Source: Camelus ferus
Lineage: Eukaryota
DNA length: 64,000 bases
Direction of reading: 5' to 3'
Assembly (NCBI RefSeq): GCF_009834535.1
Contig: NC_045696.1
Location: 58,282,001-58,346,000, forward strand
Shown: one piece after another, positions 47,691 through 61,229 of the stretch
How positions within the stretch are numbered: the stretch's first letter is position 1
Layout: each line of letters begins with the position of its first letter
Program-made: the position numbers and the translations under genes
Notes under the pieces: model-generated
Database searches by the model: none
Told to the model about the DNA's origin: nothing
The model's input: the letters and a program-made list of their open reading frames with translations, nothing else

Positions 47691-49289
47691 TCTGGGCAAA
47701 GGAGAAGGACCACGTGCTTCAGGCAGGCTTGTCCTGGCCCCGCTGGGTGGGTGGGGTCAGAATGGGAGGGAGGAGGGCTGAGGGGAAGCAGAGCACGAGG
47801 ACCAGGTGTGCAGGCCAGTCAGGAGGAAGCCAAGGAAGGAGAGGGTTTGAGAAATGTGGGGGTTCCCAGGAGGCTGAGCACTAAGAATCTGGCCACTGGA
47901 CTGAGTCAGCAGAAGCCCTTGGAGAAAGCCTCTCAGGAAAGTGACGGCCACAACCAGAGTATAGGAGATTCAGATGGGAACCGGGCAAGGCGGTTACACG
48001 GAGGCTGCAGGTAGAGACTACACATTTGAAAACCAGCAGAGCTAATCTGAGAAGCAGCCAACCTGGTTGCAGGTTTCTGGAGAAGGGCCCAATGGGGCCT
48101 GATCGGAAACCAGAGAAAGAGGCGTGGCCATCCAAGCGGCAGGTGGGATGTAGACCTACAGGGCAGGGGTCTTCCTGGGCCCCAGGTTCAGGAGCCACGG
48201 TGAGGGGCTGTGGGTGCAGGGAGGGGGGGCCGGCGGGGCAGCTCCCTGCCCCCACTGCAGGTGCACCTTTGATGTGGCTCGGGCCTCAGGGCAGAGGAAA
48301 CCCGAGCTTCCCAGTGCTGCCTGCTGCATCAATGCCACCCAGTCTTCAAGGAGGCCGCAGGAGACTCGGGCCCCCCCGTGGCAGGGCAATCACTCTATGG
48401 ACAGAGTGGCTGGCAGGAAATCAAGGCACAGCATTTCAGCCTGAGATGAAAGACAGTTTCTACGCGGGCGCCCATCAACGCACCCACACTCCATCCTCCA
48501 CTATCTGGGAGGGTCCCAGTGTGGGAAGCTGGCTCACAGACTTCTACTTTCTTTTCCATTTCCTCACTTCCTCGAGGGGAGGAACACACATGGGGGTGCC
48601 TGTAAGGAGCGGGACTGTGGACTAAGGGAAGGGTCTGTGTTGTCACTGCAGATTCCAGTTATCCACACTTCCCCTGCAGGACGAGGGTCCTATGAACAGC
48701 ACAGAGAGCCCAAAGTCTGTTCCCTCCACCCTTGCAAGTCACACCCCACCCCATCCCTGTATTTAGGGATCTACCACCTCCATTCATGTTTATATTCATA
48801 TGTGTATGTGTGTGTGGGGGGGGATACAGAGACAAAGAAAAGAGAGAATGCAGCTCCACAGTTGCTCCACAAAGGACCCTGCCCAAGGTCCCTGCTCTGT
48901 TTCCAGCCCCTGAGACTCACCAGTGACCTGGAGATCCTGCATGGGGTCAGGACCCTACCCCTCACCCCACACTGGAGATGCAAAATCAAGGGCCCTTTAT
49001 GGAGAACATGCAGCATCCATGCTTCGAAAGAGAGATAAAGGGAGGGCGACACCAGGATGTTTTCTGACTTGAGCTCCCTCACTAACAACTCAGCGTACAC
49101 CGACTGAGGCCTGGGAGTCAGGCACTGGGCTGGGCAAAGGGACACAAGGGGTAGCTCGGCTCTCTCCCTGCCGTGGGAGAGCAGGAAGACATCGCAACAC
49201 TAAAGCAGTACTGGCAGCACCAAGTGCTGAAGGTCAAGGCAGCGAGGTGGCCCCACGCTCTCTCCCTGCTGTCCCTGAGAGTCACTGGG

Positions 49290-49428
49290 GGCCCTCAAAT
49301 ACACCAATGCCCAGGCCCCACCGGGACAGACGGACAGATGGAAACCCCTCTGATGGTGGCTCTGGGCTTCAGGAGTTTTACAAGTCCCCGCAGGTGATTC
49401 TAGTGTGCGGCCTGGAAGGAAAACCATG
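49290..49428. mobile_element. MER5-family fragment
   Basis: 'atgcccaggccccacc...gttttacaagtccccgcaggtgattctagtgtgcggcc'. Confidence 0.6.
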
Positions 49429-49442
49429 AAACAATACATCTC

Positions 49443-50046
49443 TTTTATTTTTCTTTTCTTTTCTTTTTTTTTTTTTTTGGTTGTTGTTTACCTTTTTTAA
49501 TTGAAGTATAGTCAGTTTACAAACTTATGTCAATTTCTGATGTATAGCATGATGTTTCAGTCATATATATACATACATATATTTGTTCTTATATTTTTTC
49601 ATTATAGGTTACTACAAGATATTGCATATAGGTCCCTGCGCTATACAGAAGAAACTTGTTTATCTGTTTTATATATAGTAGTTAGTATCTGCAAATCTAG
49701 AACTCCCAATTTATCCCTCCCCACCGCCTTTCCCCCTGGTAACCATAAGTTTGTTTTCTATGTCTGTGAGTCTTTCTGTTTTGTAGATAAGTTCATCCGT
49801 GCCTTTTTTTTTTTTAGATTCCACATATGAGTGATATCACATAGTATTTTTCTTCCTCTTTCTGACTTACTTCACTTAGAATTTTATCTCCAAGTCCACC
49901 CATGTTGCTGCAAATGACATTATTTTATTCTTTTTATGGCTCAGTAGTATTCCATTTTATATACATACCACATCTTCTTTATCTAGTTATCTGTTGATGG
50001 ACACTAAGGTTATTTCCATGTCTTGGCTACTGTAAATAGTGCTGCT
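49443..50046 (-). mobile_element. 5'-truncated camelid L1 with a long T-rich tail
   Basis: T-rich tail, then 'aattgaagtatagtcagtttaca...ttataggttactacaagatattg...cttggctactgtaaatagtgctgct'. Confidence 0.92.
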
Positions 50047-50942
50047 CCATACACGCCCTTTCAACATGGGCACAACAAAAGAAAACAAGGGCCAGAGCCC
50101 CAGGGAAGAGCAACCAGCTCCAATTTGTGTCTTCCCAGCAAAGCTTGGCACAGCAAGTATCTTCGGGTAATTATAGTCTCCCCAGTGGCCACCAGGCCCA
50201 CCACCAGGACAACCCAGAGTAAGAAGGGAGTGGCTTGGGCTCCTTTCCCTGTAACCTTGACCTCAAGGCTGGAGAAGACCAAGACATTTGCTGACCTGGA
50301 GCCCACAAGCACCCTGTCCCTCTCTATCTGAAATTCTTTCTGAGTTCTATTTCTGCCTTTTTTAAAACATCCCAGTGTGCCCAAGGGATGAGAAGGGACG
50401 GCACCCAGATGTCCAGGGAAGAGAGAGGCTGCTCCTGCTGATAGTGGGCACTCTGGGTGGGTGTCTTCAAGCCCAAACATGCCTGGAGAGGGGAAGCAGG
50501 GCTTACCCTGGAGCAGTAGGGGAAGTGCCCAAGGTGGCTAGCTTTGCTGGATGTGGGGCAGGGAGCCCTCAGCAAGTCCAGAAGTCCAGGGCTCAGGGCC
50601 AACGCATGGCAGCCAGAGTCCCCGGGATGCTCACACTGATAGCAGGTGCCGTGCAGTGTGATGGAGTCTGGAATTGGAAACAAGTGTGTGAAGCTGCCTC
50701 TTAGTAGATGTGTGGCCTTTGACACATTCTTTCTGGACAATTTCTTCATCTTTAAAATGGGTAAGAAAATTCAGTACCAAATTCAAAATTATTATTGGCA
50801 TAAGAATTAAATGTGACAAAAAGCAAGCAGAACAGTGGCAGGGAGTTCAGTAAAAGGAAGCTGCAGATGCTGGGAGAAGAAAATAAGGATGTGAATGTTC
50901 TTTGACAATTGTGAAGCACTCCGTTCAACAGTGGGTTTTGTT

Positions 50943-51272
50943 ACCACAATGAGACATGACATCTTACCTGTCAGAATGGCCATCATCAAAAAGAACACAA
51001 ATAACAAATGTCGGTGAGGATATGGAGAAAAGGGAACCCTTGTACACTGTTGGTGGGAATGTAAATTGGTGCAGCCACTGTGGAAAACAGCATGGAGGTT
51101 TCCCCAAAGCCTAAAAATAGAACTATCACATGATCCAGGGATTCCACTCTTGGGTATATACCCCCAAAATCCAAAAACACTAATGTACCCCCTAGCAGCA
51201 TTATTTACAATTGCCAATGTATGAAAGCAACCTTAACTGCCCATCCACAGCTGAATGGATAAAGAAGATGTG

Positions 51273-51319
<47 letters not shown>

Positions 51320-51720
51320 GGAACACTACTCAGCCATAAAAAAGAACAAAATTTTGCCATTTGCAGCAGCATGGATGGACTTGGAGAGCATTATGCTAAG
51401 TGAAATTAATCACACAGAGACAAATACTGTACGGTATCACTTAAGCGTGGAATGTAAAAATTACAACAAGTTAGTGGATATGACAAAAAAGAAGCAGACT
51501 CACAGACATAGAGAACAAACTAGTGGTTATCGGCAGGAGAGAGGCAATATAGGGTTGGGGCAGTGGGAGGTATGAACTATCGGGTATAAGATAGGGTCAA
51601 GGATGTATGTGCAACATGAGGAATATAGCCAAAATTTTGTAACAACTCTAGATGGAAAGTAAGCTTTAAAAATCATATAAAATTTTTTTTTAAAAAAATA
51701 AAATAAACTCCCTGGAAAAA
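50943..51720 (+). mobile_element. 5'-truncated artiodactyl L1 (ORF2 end + 3' UTR) with internal (AC)21
   Basis: ORF 51255..51575 'MEHYSAIKKNKILPFAAAWMDLESIMLSEI'; TSD-like TGGGTTTTGT at 50932-50941 and 51722-51731. Confidence 0.92.
51275..51316. repeat. (AC)21 microsatellite inside L1
   Basis: Read directly from the sequence. Confidence 0.97.
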
Positions 51721-53225
51721 ATGGGTTTTGTCAATAGCATCATCACCATCATTTAGCCCCAAGCAGTAAAGATGAATTATCTGAGACTATAAAGATGAGG
51801 GAATTACCCCTGCAGGGGTGGCAGGCAGGGCTGTGAGCGATGCTGGGCGCTCCTAGCCTATGATGGGGCTAACAGGCTTCTTGCCTCTCCCAGGATCTGT
51901 TACCTCCCAGAAGGCAAGAGCAGTGTGTTACTCATCCCATCTCTCCAGCATCCAGCACAGTCCTGATGCGTGGAAGGCGCTCAAGCCAGTATTTGTCACT
52001 GTAGGACATTCACGTAGTCTGAGGAAGAACTGGAGAGGCTGACAGGGCAGGTCAAGGAGTTGAGTCTGTGAACTCAAAGAAGGTCCCTGTGCTGCACTAC
52101 AGTGAGAACTACTGCAGACCAGAGGACTGAGCAGGCAATGTCACAGACCCCACCCTGGGTCCCAACGCCAGCTGCCGCCCACCCGGGCTCACCCTGCTGC
52201 AGGTGGACAGGCATGTGGGGGATGAGGCTGCAGGAGCTGTAGCACAGAGATGCTGCCATTTCCCCACGTCTCAGCATCCCCATCTGATCAAGGCCATATA
52301 ACCCTGGCTTCTCCCCTCTCACTCTGAAGTGTAAATATTATTACCAGATAATGAGAACTCTAGAAGGTTATCTCTTCAAAACCTGAGAATGACTGTGACC
52401 TTCCCACACCCAGAGGAGCCCATCTTCCATCAATGTCCATCATCACTCAGGGAAGAGGGCTAGATCAGCCGAGAAGCCAAATTCCCCGTCTGGTGTGGCT
52501 GAAACTCCAGAACTGCCACAGCCCCCACACCCCAGCTCCCACTGCCTGCACTACATGCCATCTCAGGTCCTTCCAAGCCCTGGGATTCTCCAGTTCACTG
52601 CAAGCACTCGTACTCACAATGCAAACACTTCACAAGGTTTTCAATTTAGAACCAGGAAGAATTTTGGCATAGTCCATCAGAGCAAGACCAACAGGAGAAA
52701 CAGTGGTTTCTCTGATGCCTCTAAGAGGGGACCTGCAGCCTGCAGTCTGAAGCCCAGTCTCCCTCCCATCGACCTTCACACCCTCATGAAGGATGCCAGC
52801 TTGTGTCAGACCCATGAAACGGGTCTCCTTAACACAGATAAAATAATCTGAGACCTGCAGCAAATAGAGTTTGATTTCTATCGGAGCTTCTGAGACATGA
52901 GCTTCTCTAAATCCTCTCACCAGCCTCACCACCTTAAACCTCTAAGACAAATATGCAGTGAGATTTGGGCTGAACGTCTGGGCTGTGCAGACATGGGGCT
53001 GTCACTGAGGTTAGGGGATTCCCTTGAACATGGGGGCAGGGTCACGATTCACATGGACCAGCTGTCCTGAGAGCCTGCTCTCAAGTGGACAGGCCCGAGG
53101 GCCATTGTTGAACGTACAGAAGGAGGGGGGTTAGTAAGCCCCTCCAGTGAGCTACTGAGCCTCTTCCTCCTGCAAGCCCTCACCTGTCAGGGCTGCAAGG
53201 AAACAGAGAGAGCTAATGAGATAAA

Positions 53226-53360
53226 GTGTGACTTGGGGCTGGCTACTTAATTATCAGAGCCTCAGTTTCCCCACCCATAACATGAGGGAACAGCTGTTGG
53301 AATGGTCCTTGGGGATTAGGGGACTGGTGTTTAGAGAGCAGAACACTAGGCACATTGAGT
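53226..53360 (+). mobile_element. MIR fragment
   Basis: 'gtgtgacttggggctggctacttaattatcagagcctcagtttccccacccataa'. Confidence 0.7.
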
Positions 53361-54149
53361 GTCCAGGACCTGGTCACCCTGGTCCAGCCTCCTTGTCACA
53401 GATGAGCAAGCTAGGGGTTGTGTGGGCCCAACACAGGGGACTGTGGGACATCTGGGGCTCATCCTGGGCATTGATTTACCCAGATGCCCTGTGCACATGG
53501 GAAAATAGGAGATGAAGTCTGGAGTTTTGCCCAGGACCAGTGGAAATCTGAATTCAGACTGGGATGGGAAGTGGGTCCTCGGTAGGGTGGCAGACTGCCT
53601 TGGATCTCTGTGAAATTAACAGCCCCCCACCCTGCTCCCAATAAGTACCTGCACACACAGCCTGTGACCCAAGGTTCCAACCTGGAGGCTCAGAAAGTGC
53701 CCAGGACAGGGTTCTGACAGAGGTGCAAGGCCAGGAGCAGTCACTAGAGGGCTCAGGAAGATACCAAGCCCGCTGCCCCAGGGAGGTCACAGGAGAAGGG
53801 GAGCCTGGGAACCAGTACAGGGCTGGGGAGGGAAGGAGAGAGGGGAAAGTAGTGGGGAGGAAGAGAGGGAGAGCATGGTTGTGCTATGGAACGGTAGGAC
53901 AGCTTCCTATAAAAGCTTCCCCATCCCCTCTGCATGACACAGAATGACCTGGAGAAGCCCAGAGCCCTGGGCCTCCCAGCAGTGACAGCACTTATGAAGA
54001 GCATTCCAGCAGAAAACACTGCCAACCCAAAATGCTTGAACCCTCTGGTCTCCAGCCTCCCCTCTGCCACTAAATGCATTTCCCTGGAACTCCTGGTCTA
54101 CAGGAGCCTGTAGGCAGGTATCAGGCTATAGGGAGAAACCCAACATCAG

Positions 54150-54345
54150 GTGGAAAGAGCACTTGCTTTGGGTTCACTGCGGCCTGGGTTCCCTCACCTC
54201 CATATAGTTGTGCAATATTAGGTAAGTTTCTTAACCTCTTGAGGTCTTTTCCTCATGTGTAAATTGGGGGCTAATCTCTACCTTAAAGTCTCCCTGAGGA
54301 CTAAAATGAGAGACTGGCTCAGAGGAGGTCCTCACACAAGTTAGC
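54150..54345 (+). mobile_element. MIR SINE
   Basis: 'gtggaaagagcac...ggtaagtttcttaacctct...ttcctcatgtgtaaattgggg'. Confidence 0.75.
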
Positions 54346-55694
54346 TGTATTTGAGAATACGAAGTCGGTCACTCCAGAATTAATCCCTGGGGCTGGAGGT
54401 ATTCATCCACCCCTAGGGCTACCTGTGCCTACTGTCCTGTGTGCCTTTCTGCCCCCTCTTCATTTCCCTCTGGCAGAGCCCCTGGATGAGGTCACAGCAC
54501 CAAACTGTCAGCAGGAGGCTTAATTCATAGTCAGGAAGGTTTCCCCCAACAGGTGACCAGGCAGGACAGAGCTGGGGACAGCCACAACCATGCCCCACCC
54601 ATTCCTATCCCACTTGGGTCCCAGACCTATGGGGACCCCTCTTCCCCAGTCCTGCCCTCTCAAGGAGAGGAGTTTCTCAAATGGAAACCACTTCATACAT
54701 TTAGCACAGTAGGACAATCTCAGAGCAACCCCCTCTCCCAGCAGGACCAGGCTGTGAAGAGTAATTAAAGCCATGGGTTAATGAGGAGCTGCAGCCAACT
54801 GGCCAAGAGGGGCACCTCGCTGCCGGTCATCCTGCATCTGGAGCCACAGGTCTCAGAGGTCCAGGACAGAGCAGCCACACCACCTCCGCCATCTTCTTCC
54901 TCCTCCACTCCTCCACCCAGCCCTAAAGATCTCCAGTGAGGTCCTGCCAGAGTTGCCAGAGATCAGCTGTTTTAACTTCTCCTGCTATTCATACTCAGGA
55001 TGCTTTCCCCGATTCTAACTTAAATCCTTCCTTTTGGAGACTGATGATGGGAGTGGGGAGACCAGACAAGGATGTGAGCCAGGACTTCATGGACGGTGCC
55101 CTGAGAAGTGTCCTTAGAGAAGGGCAGAGCCTTGAGCCCCACCCCACAACCATGAGGACTAGATGCTGTGAGGATCCTGCAGGATGGAACTGGGGATGGA
55201 GACGACATGATGGATGAAGGGAAAGGAGGAGCAGAAAAGCATGTGGGTGAGGCGGTGGAGAGCGTGAGCTGGGAGGCAGCGGCCCACCTGGGTTGGAAGC
55301 CCAGAGATGCGCTTACTAGCTACCTAATATCTCCATGTTTCAGTCCGCCCATCCATAAACGGGGGTACTAGAGCCATCTTTGGGCTTTCATGAGCTAAAC
55401 TACATAAAAGAACATTTTAAGTGGCCTGGCACAACATAAGCTCAAAGTAAACTAGGAAATCCTCAGAGCCCTCCATCTTTTTCTGCAAATTGCTCAGTCC
55501 TGGGGCTTCTTCCTCCCCCATTTCTCTCACTCACTCTGTCTTCTCCATTCCAATGGCCTCACTGCATCCTGGCCCCCATCCCCATGTGTGGGGCCCAGGC
55601 TGTGACCCCACCTCCTCCCCACCCTCCACATCAGGCTCCACTGGCCAGTACCCTCTGCAGAAGGACCTGTTTGGTTGGTCCTTCAGGCCCCAGG

Positions 55695-55900
55695 TACTTT
55701 TCCAGGTGACCTGCTTTACTAAAAGGAACTCATATAATTCAATCCCCGTGACCACGCTCTGAAGTAGGAGTGATAGCCATTTTACAGATGAGGAAACTGA
55801 GCCTCAGAGAGGAGAAATACTTTCCCAGAGCCCAAAGTCACCCTACAAGTGAATGGGAGAGCCAGAATTCAAACCCAGGTCTGCGTGGCTCCAGCCTGCC
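55695..55900 (-). mobile_element. MIR SINE
   Basis: 'ccattttacagatgaggaaactgagcctcagaga...gagccagaattcaaacccaggtctg'. Confidence 0.88.
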
Positions 55901-56479
55901 TTCCATGTCAGCCTCCTCCAAGGCCCTCAGCACCCAGCACTCCTCCCCCACCAGCCAGCCATCCCCTTGGTCACACACCTCACCTCCGCCCACGCACTTA
56001 CTCTCAGAGCAATAGAAAGGAGAGAGGAGAGACTTTAGAAGGGGGAGAAATGTGGAGAAGGGGAGCTGGAAGGGGGAACAATGCTGCACGGGAACCCACG
56101 TGGGGTCCAGATTTGGGGACTTCTCTGGTGGCTGGCAGCTCTGTCTTCAGCTCCTGTCTTCCCCGTTGTCTCCCTCAGGGTGTGGGATTCCATGGGAAGG
56201 AAAGAGTGAGAGACGCCTCAGGCACAGGAGGCCCCAGGCGAGGCTGGTGAAAGGACTGCAAAAGCTCCAGCTGCTCCGAATGAGTTCAAGCCCCTTGGCC
56301 CAGGCGCGCATCCCAGGGAACCTGCAAATGGGGCCCGGAGCAGCTGTGGGGGTGGCGCGGCAACTCTGACAGCATCCTGGCAGGCGCTACAGGGGCTCGT
56401 TTCCAGAAAGGGGCCTGAGGTGGGTTTTGCAAACTACAGAGAGGGAAAGTCGATGTACCGCTTAAGGAAATTCATGAAG

Positions 56480-58100
56480 AAATGATACAATCAGTGGGAT
56501 AGGCACTTGGGAAAGGCAGTGGAGCCCACGGACAGTGTGTGTTCAGTAAGGAGGTCCTGTCAGGCAGAACTCAGCTCCTCCACTGACAGGGGGCCAGCAG
56601 GCTGGTAGACCAGGGAAATGGGGTTCACACCATTTCAAGCTAATCTTGAAAATATGTGACAAGCTCTTCATGAAATTGTTGGAAACAAGCAAAAAGTGGC
56701 AATATTAGTGGGGTATGTAGTTGGTTGCACAGTCACAAATACCCACGGGTACTCACCAAGGGATCAAGGCCCCTTGGAGGGATGAGTGCAGGTGCATGCT
56801 GCAGGGCTCTGTCCTGTCCCACAGCTTATCAATTTCTTGGATCATACACTGGAAGCATTTGAAGCTGGGAGCAATGGCAGATACACTGGATGTCAGAATC
56901 CAAAATATCTTAATCAGCTAGAGAGGTGGACTGAACTCAGACAACATAAAATAAATTAGGGGAAAATGTAGAGTCCCAAACATAAGACCGAAAAAGCTAC
57001 AGCACTGTTGTGGGTTGGACTGTGTCCCCCATATGTTCAACTCCCCCATCTCGTATGTTCAAGTTTTAACCTCCAGTACTTCAGAATGTGAGCTTATTTG
57101 GAAATAGGGCTGCTGCAGATGTAATTAGTTAAGACGAGGTCATACTGGGTTAGGGAGGGCCCCTACTCCAATATGACTGGTGTCCTCACAAAAGGGAAAA
57201 CTGAGACAGGCACACAGGAAGAAGACCATGCAAAGACGAAGGTAGAACTTAGGGTGATGCTTCTATAAACTAAGGAATACCAAAGACTACCAGGAAAGCA
57301 CCAGAAGCTAGGAGAGAGCCATGGAACAGGTTTTCCCTCATATCCCTCAGAAGGAACCAGCCCTGCCAACACCTTGATCTCAGACTTCTGGTCTCCAGGA
57401 CCATGCAACAATAAATACACTTCCGTTGTTTAAGCCGCCCAGTTTGTAGTGCTTTGTCATGGCAGCCCTAGCTATATGAATGCAAGCACAAAGACAAAAT
57501 CAGGAGATGGGGCTGGTTTCGTTGGTCCCTCAGATCCCAGGTTATGGTAAAGAGTCCAGGGGGTATTGATTGGCTGTAAGTTCAGTAAAAGTCAGCAGGG
57601 CCATGTGGCTGCTGAAAACAGGCAGGCTGCATTAATAGAAGGGGTGGTACCTGGACTCACAAGGGTGTGCTGGCCAGGCCTCACCCAGAGGACCAGGTTT
57701 GCTTTTGGTGACCTCAACTTAAGACAAGTGGGAGGATGTTCCGAGTCCTGTTACCAGAGATGAAGAGACAAGCAGAGGACTAATGGAAGTGGAGGAGAGG
57801 GGAAAGGCAACAGGTCTCCAGTGTTTGAAAAGCTGTGGCATGGAAGTGGCTGGGTTTGCTCAGAACAGCCGTGTGGGGAAGAGATGGAGCCCATGGGGAG
57901 AGACGCAGACTTCAGAGAAATAGGATTCTCTGTCAGACTTGTTGACCAAAAATCAAACGGGCTACCTTGTGGGGAGAAGAGCTCCGCCTCTGAGGAACTG
58001 AAGACACCACTGCTGGCCACTCAAAAGGGACTTGTGGAGGCGACTCCAGCAACTTCCAGCTCCAAGAAGGGCCCACTTGAATTCCTCACCTGGCTGACGC
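56480..58100 (+). mobile_element. L3/CR1 LINE remnant (ORF2 reverse-transcriptase region to 3' end), split by an MLT1B LTR
   Basis: Translated remnants 'QGSVL...KLGAMADTLDVRIQN' (ORF 56721..56921) and 'KFSKSQQGHVAA' (ORF 57566..57763) resemble CR1 RT motifs QGSVLGP, KLGG...IQ and KLNMSQQC.AA. Confidence 0.75.
57006..57484 (+). mobile_element. MLT1B-like MaLR solo LTR
   Basis: TG...CA ends with perfect 5-bp TSD AGCAC (57001-57005 and 57485-57489); 'cagaatgtgagcttatttggaaataggg', 'gaaggaaccagccctgccaacaccttgatctcagacttc'. Confidence 0.92.
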
Positions 58101-58333
58101 CAGCAACCCAGGCTTCTTGCCTATTTAAAGTTAGAGGCTACCATGAGATGTTTTGGCTCCAAGATCTTTCATTGGTGGCTTTAACAGATAAAAGTGCACG
58201 CTGAGGGCAGGCGGTCTAGACTCACAGACCTCAGAAGATCAGGTTTGGCAAGACGCAAGTCCACTCGAAGTATGTACCCACACGTGCTCCCAAAGATGGG
58301 GGTCTTGGATCGGGGTGGGAAGGAAAGTGGCCG

Positions 58334-58439
58334 AAGAGTTAATTGAGAGAGTGCCATGCCGGTGGGTGCTCCACTGTCCAGGAGGGAGAGAACTGGCAGC
58401 CCAAGAGTTAACTGAGAGAGTGCCATGCCGGTGGGCGCT
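58334..58439. repeat. 37-bp direct repeat, 2 copies, period 69
   Basis: aagagttaaYtgagagagtgccatgccggtgggYgct at 58334-58370 and 58403-58439, with 2 mismatches. Confidence 0.95.
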
Positions 58440-58863
58440 GTGAGGGGACACAGAGGAGCCCACACCCAGGCTTCTCTTTGAGGGGCTCGGGGAAGCTCAC
58501 TGGGAAGACAGGCTTCTATAGGAAAGGCAACTCCAATGCTGATAAGACCCTTCCCAGGATGACCTGGTACTAACAGTGAGCATCTGTAGCTGCTATACTG
58601 TTAAAGCAGAGCTATGGTACTTCTTTAATCCTTCTTTAAACTAGCCCTCCCTCATTCTACACTGTGAAAAGGAGGCTTGGAGTGGGAAAGGAACTTATAT
58701 AAAACCCACAACCAAAAGCCAGTCAAGCTGGGTTTGAACCCTAGTCTGTCTTAGCCTTAACCTCCTTCCAAGGTTCTACACTGCTTCCGCAGCTGAAGGC
58801 TGTGGGTTGTAGGAGTACCACGAGCATGCAGCAACAGAAAGAACAATCCAGGATGGTCTAAAG

Positions 58864-59052
58864 CACTGTCGCAAACTTCAGCTCGCATCAGAACAGCCTG
58901 GAGAGCTTGTTAAAGAGCAGGCTGCTGGGCCCTACCAGGGAGGTGCTGAATTAGCAGGTCTGGGGTTTGGCCCAACAATGGCTGCATTTCTAATAGGTTC
59001 CTGGTGGGGCTGATTCTGCTGCTCAAAGTGATTTTCACTTTGAGAAGCACTG
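58864..59052 (-). mobile_element. MER5A
   Basis: 'gcatcagaacagcctggagagcttgttaaa...tgcatttctaataggttcc...cactttgagaagcactg'. Confidence 0.82.
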
Positions 59053-59379
59053 CTCTGCAGCATTCAGGAAAGGAAGCGGGCGTCCTCCAGCCTCAGAGCC
59101 ACATAGAGATAGAGGTACACTGCCAGTTCAGTCGTCTGTCTCTGGGGCAGGAGTTCCCCAACAGCGTCCCAGGCAGCAGGACTGCCAGCTGGTGCTGTTT
59201 GACTGGAACCCATCTGGTTGGGAAGATGCAGATTGTGAAAAATCCAGCTTCCTGTACTTTCCACTCTGGAGTCTTCTAGTTCTTTCAGGCTGATGTTCTC
59301 TTCTATAGGAAGTCCTGTTTCTTCTGCAGTAAGCCACATGACCCCTGGGGAATTTCTTCCTCTCTAAACAGACGGGCTC

Positions 59380-59900
59380 CCTTCACTAAGCCTTTTGTGG
59401 CTGGATTTCCCAACCCTCTCCTGACACTGGGTGGCCTCCAGTGATCACGCTTGAGTTGGTCAGGGTCCCCTCTAAAATCCATGTCCAGAAATGAGGACAT
59501 AATGACCAGGGAGGACCCAATTTGGACCCTGCCTCTTAATGCCATTTAAGATGGTATTGTTTTGAGCAATCCCATCACCCTGTCAGCTCCTATGAAGCCT
59601 GTGTACAATTAAACCCGTCGGATGTTTCTCTCAGGATCTGCAGCCAAATCAAGTCTTCTCCTACTCCCAGACCCCTCATGAACTTGAGTAATTAATTTCT
59701 GCGATCTAAACACAACTTTCCATCTGCCCCTGCTAAATTTCATCTTGTTGGTTTAAACCCAGCATTCCAGTCTGTTGAGATCATTTGGAGTATTTATTCC
59801 GTCTTTTATAGGAGCTGCCCATCACAGCCTTGTCATCAACAAATTTGAAAGGCTCGCTCACTCCAGTTTCATCTAAGTCATGGATAAAAATGTGAAGCTT
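59380..59900 (-). mobile_element. L3/CR1 remnant
   Basis: 'ccctgctaaatttcatcttgttgg...cagcattccagtctgttgagatcatttgga...gtcatcaacaaatttga...tcatctaagtcatggataaaaatg' is the antisense CR1 RT region. Confidence 0.7.
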
Positions 59901-60659
59901 CATTTTTCAGAATTTCACCTGCCACAGACCATCTTCCCTTTTGGAATTCCTAATTATACGATCATACATCCCCAAATCAGACTTCTTAAAGACTAGGGGA
60001 GGTCTGTGGGCATGTCATTTCTTTCCTTGGCCATCATTAACACCAGGCTGAAATGGTGTCTCTCATCCAAGCACTGTCACATCACCACCCAGTTCTTGGT
60101 CATGGTCAGAATCAAATCAGAAGGACAGCTTGGGTCGCCATTTCTCTACCTTCTGGGTAATGACTATATTACAGAGGCAAGAATGCAAAAATGTATCCCA
60201 TTCTCTACTTTAAGCAGTATTTGACATCCAACAGAAGTCAGGCTGCCTGTCCCCCATCATCATTACTATTGCATGCCTCCCTGACAGCTTTATAAGCCAC
60301 ACTGGGAAAGCAGCATCCAAATTCTTCTGACTGGGTGGGGAAGCTATAATAGGGATATGTCATAACGTGGACCTGCTCAGCTGCAAGGCATGCTGGGATC
60401 TTTGCAGCTGGTCAGTGAGGAGGCATGAAATGTTTTCTGGAGTTGGGTGTCTGGAGAAAGAAGTGAGGACAGAATCAAGGAAATCAAAAGGAAAAGGGAG
60501 CTTTGGTGAATAGCATCCCCACTCTTCTGCATCTGTATGTGAGAACCGCCCTTCTGCTGCCTCTGCTTCTGCCAACAAGAAAGCCACAGTATATGCCCAC
60601 GGGATGCTGGTGGAGAATTTGGGAACAACTTATGGACACCATAAGCCAAGAATGGAGAA

Positions 60660-60910
60660 AAGCGTATGTCGTGGTTAAGTTTGTAGACTCTGAAGTCAGT
60701 CTGGGTTTAAATCCCAGCTCTACTACTTATTAGCTGTGTGACCTTGGGCAAATTGTTTTCTCTCTCAAGGATTCAGTTTCCCCATATAGAAAGTGGAGAC
60801 AAAAATAACATGTGCATATAAGGCACATGAGGATTAAAAGAGACAAGGCGTATGTAAAGTTTAGCAGACTGTCGGGTACATAGTAATAGCTCAGTAAATA
60901 ATAGTTGTTA
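60660..60910 (+). mobile_element. Near full-length MIR
   Basis: 'gtggttaag...ctgggtttaaatcccagctctactacttattagctgtgtgaccttgggcaaatt...gtacatagtaatagctcagtaaata'. Confidence 0.92.
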
Positions 60911-61229
60911 TGGGACAATAGCTTGAAGGCAGTGCTGAATGCTGATAGTTCTGGAGCTGGAGGTGTGAAGAGGAAAAGGCTAAAGAGGTGAAAGAAGAAG
61001 ATGCTGTGGGTTAGGGGCAGCAGAGGCTTGGAACTCACCTGAAAGGTGAGGCAGCAATTTGTGGAACTGACCTGGAGGTGGAACCCAGGCACAAAGCTAG
61101 GTCAAGGATTCTGACCTTCAGCTCAGGTAAGGGCAAAGCAGCCAGCTTGACGCCTCAGAGAAGTTCAGTAAAAATAGTCTGTTTTTCTAGTTCTGAATAT
61201 GAAAATTTTTTCTTGCTCTAGGAAGTCAG

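Noticed and set aside
58334..58439. Repeat-spacer-repeat with CRISPR-like dimensions (37/32/37)
   Set aside because: Only two copies, mammalian context, no cas genes; this is a local duplication
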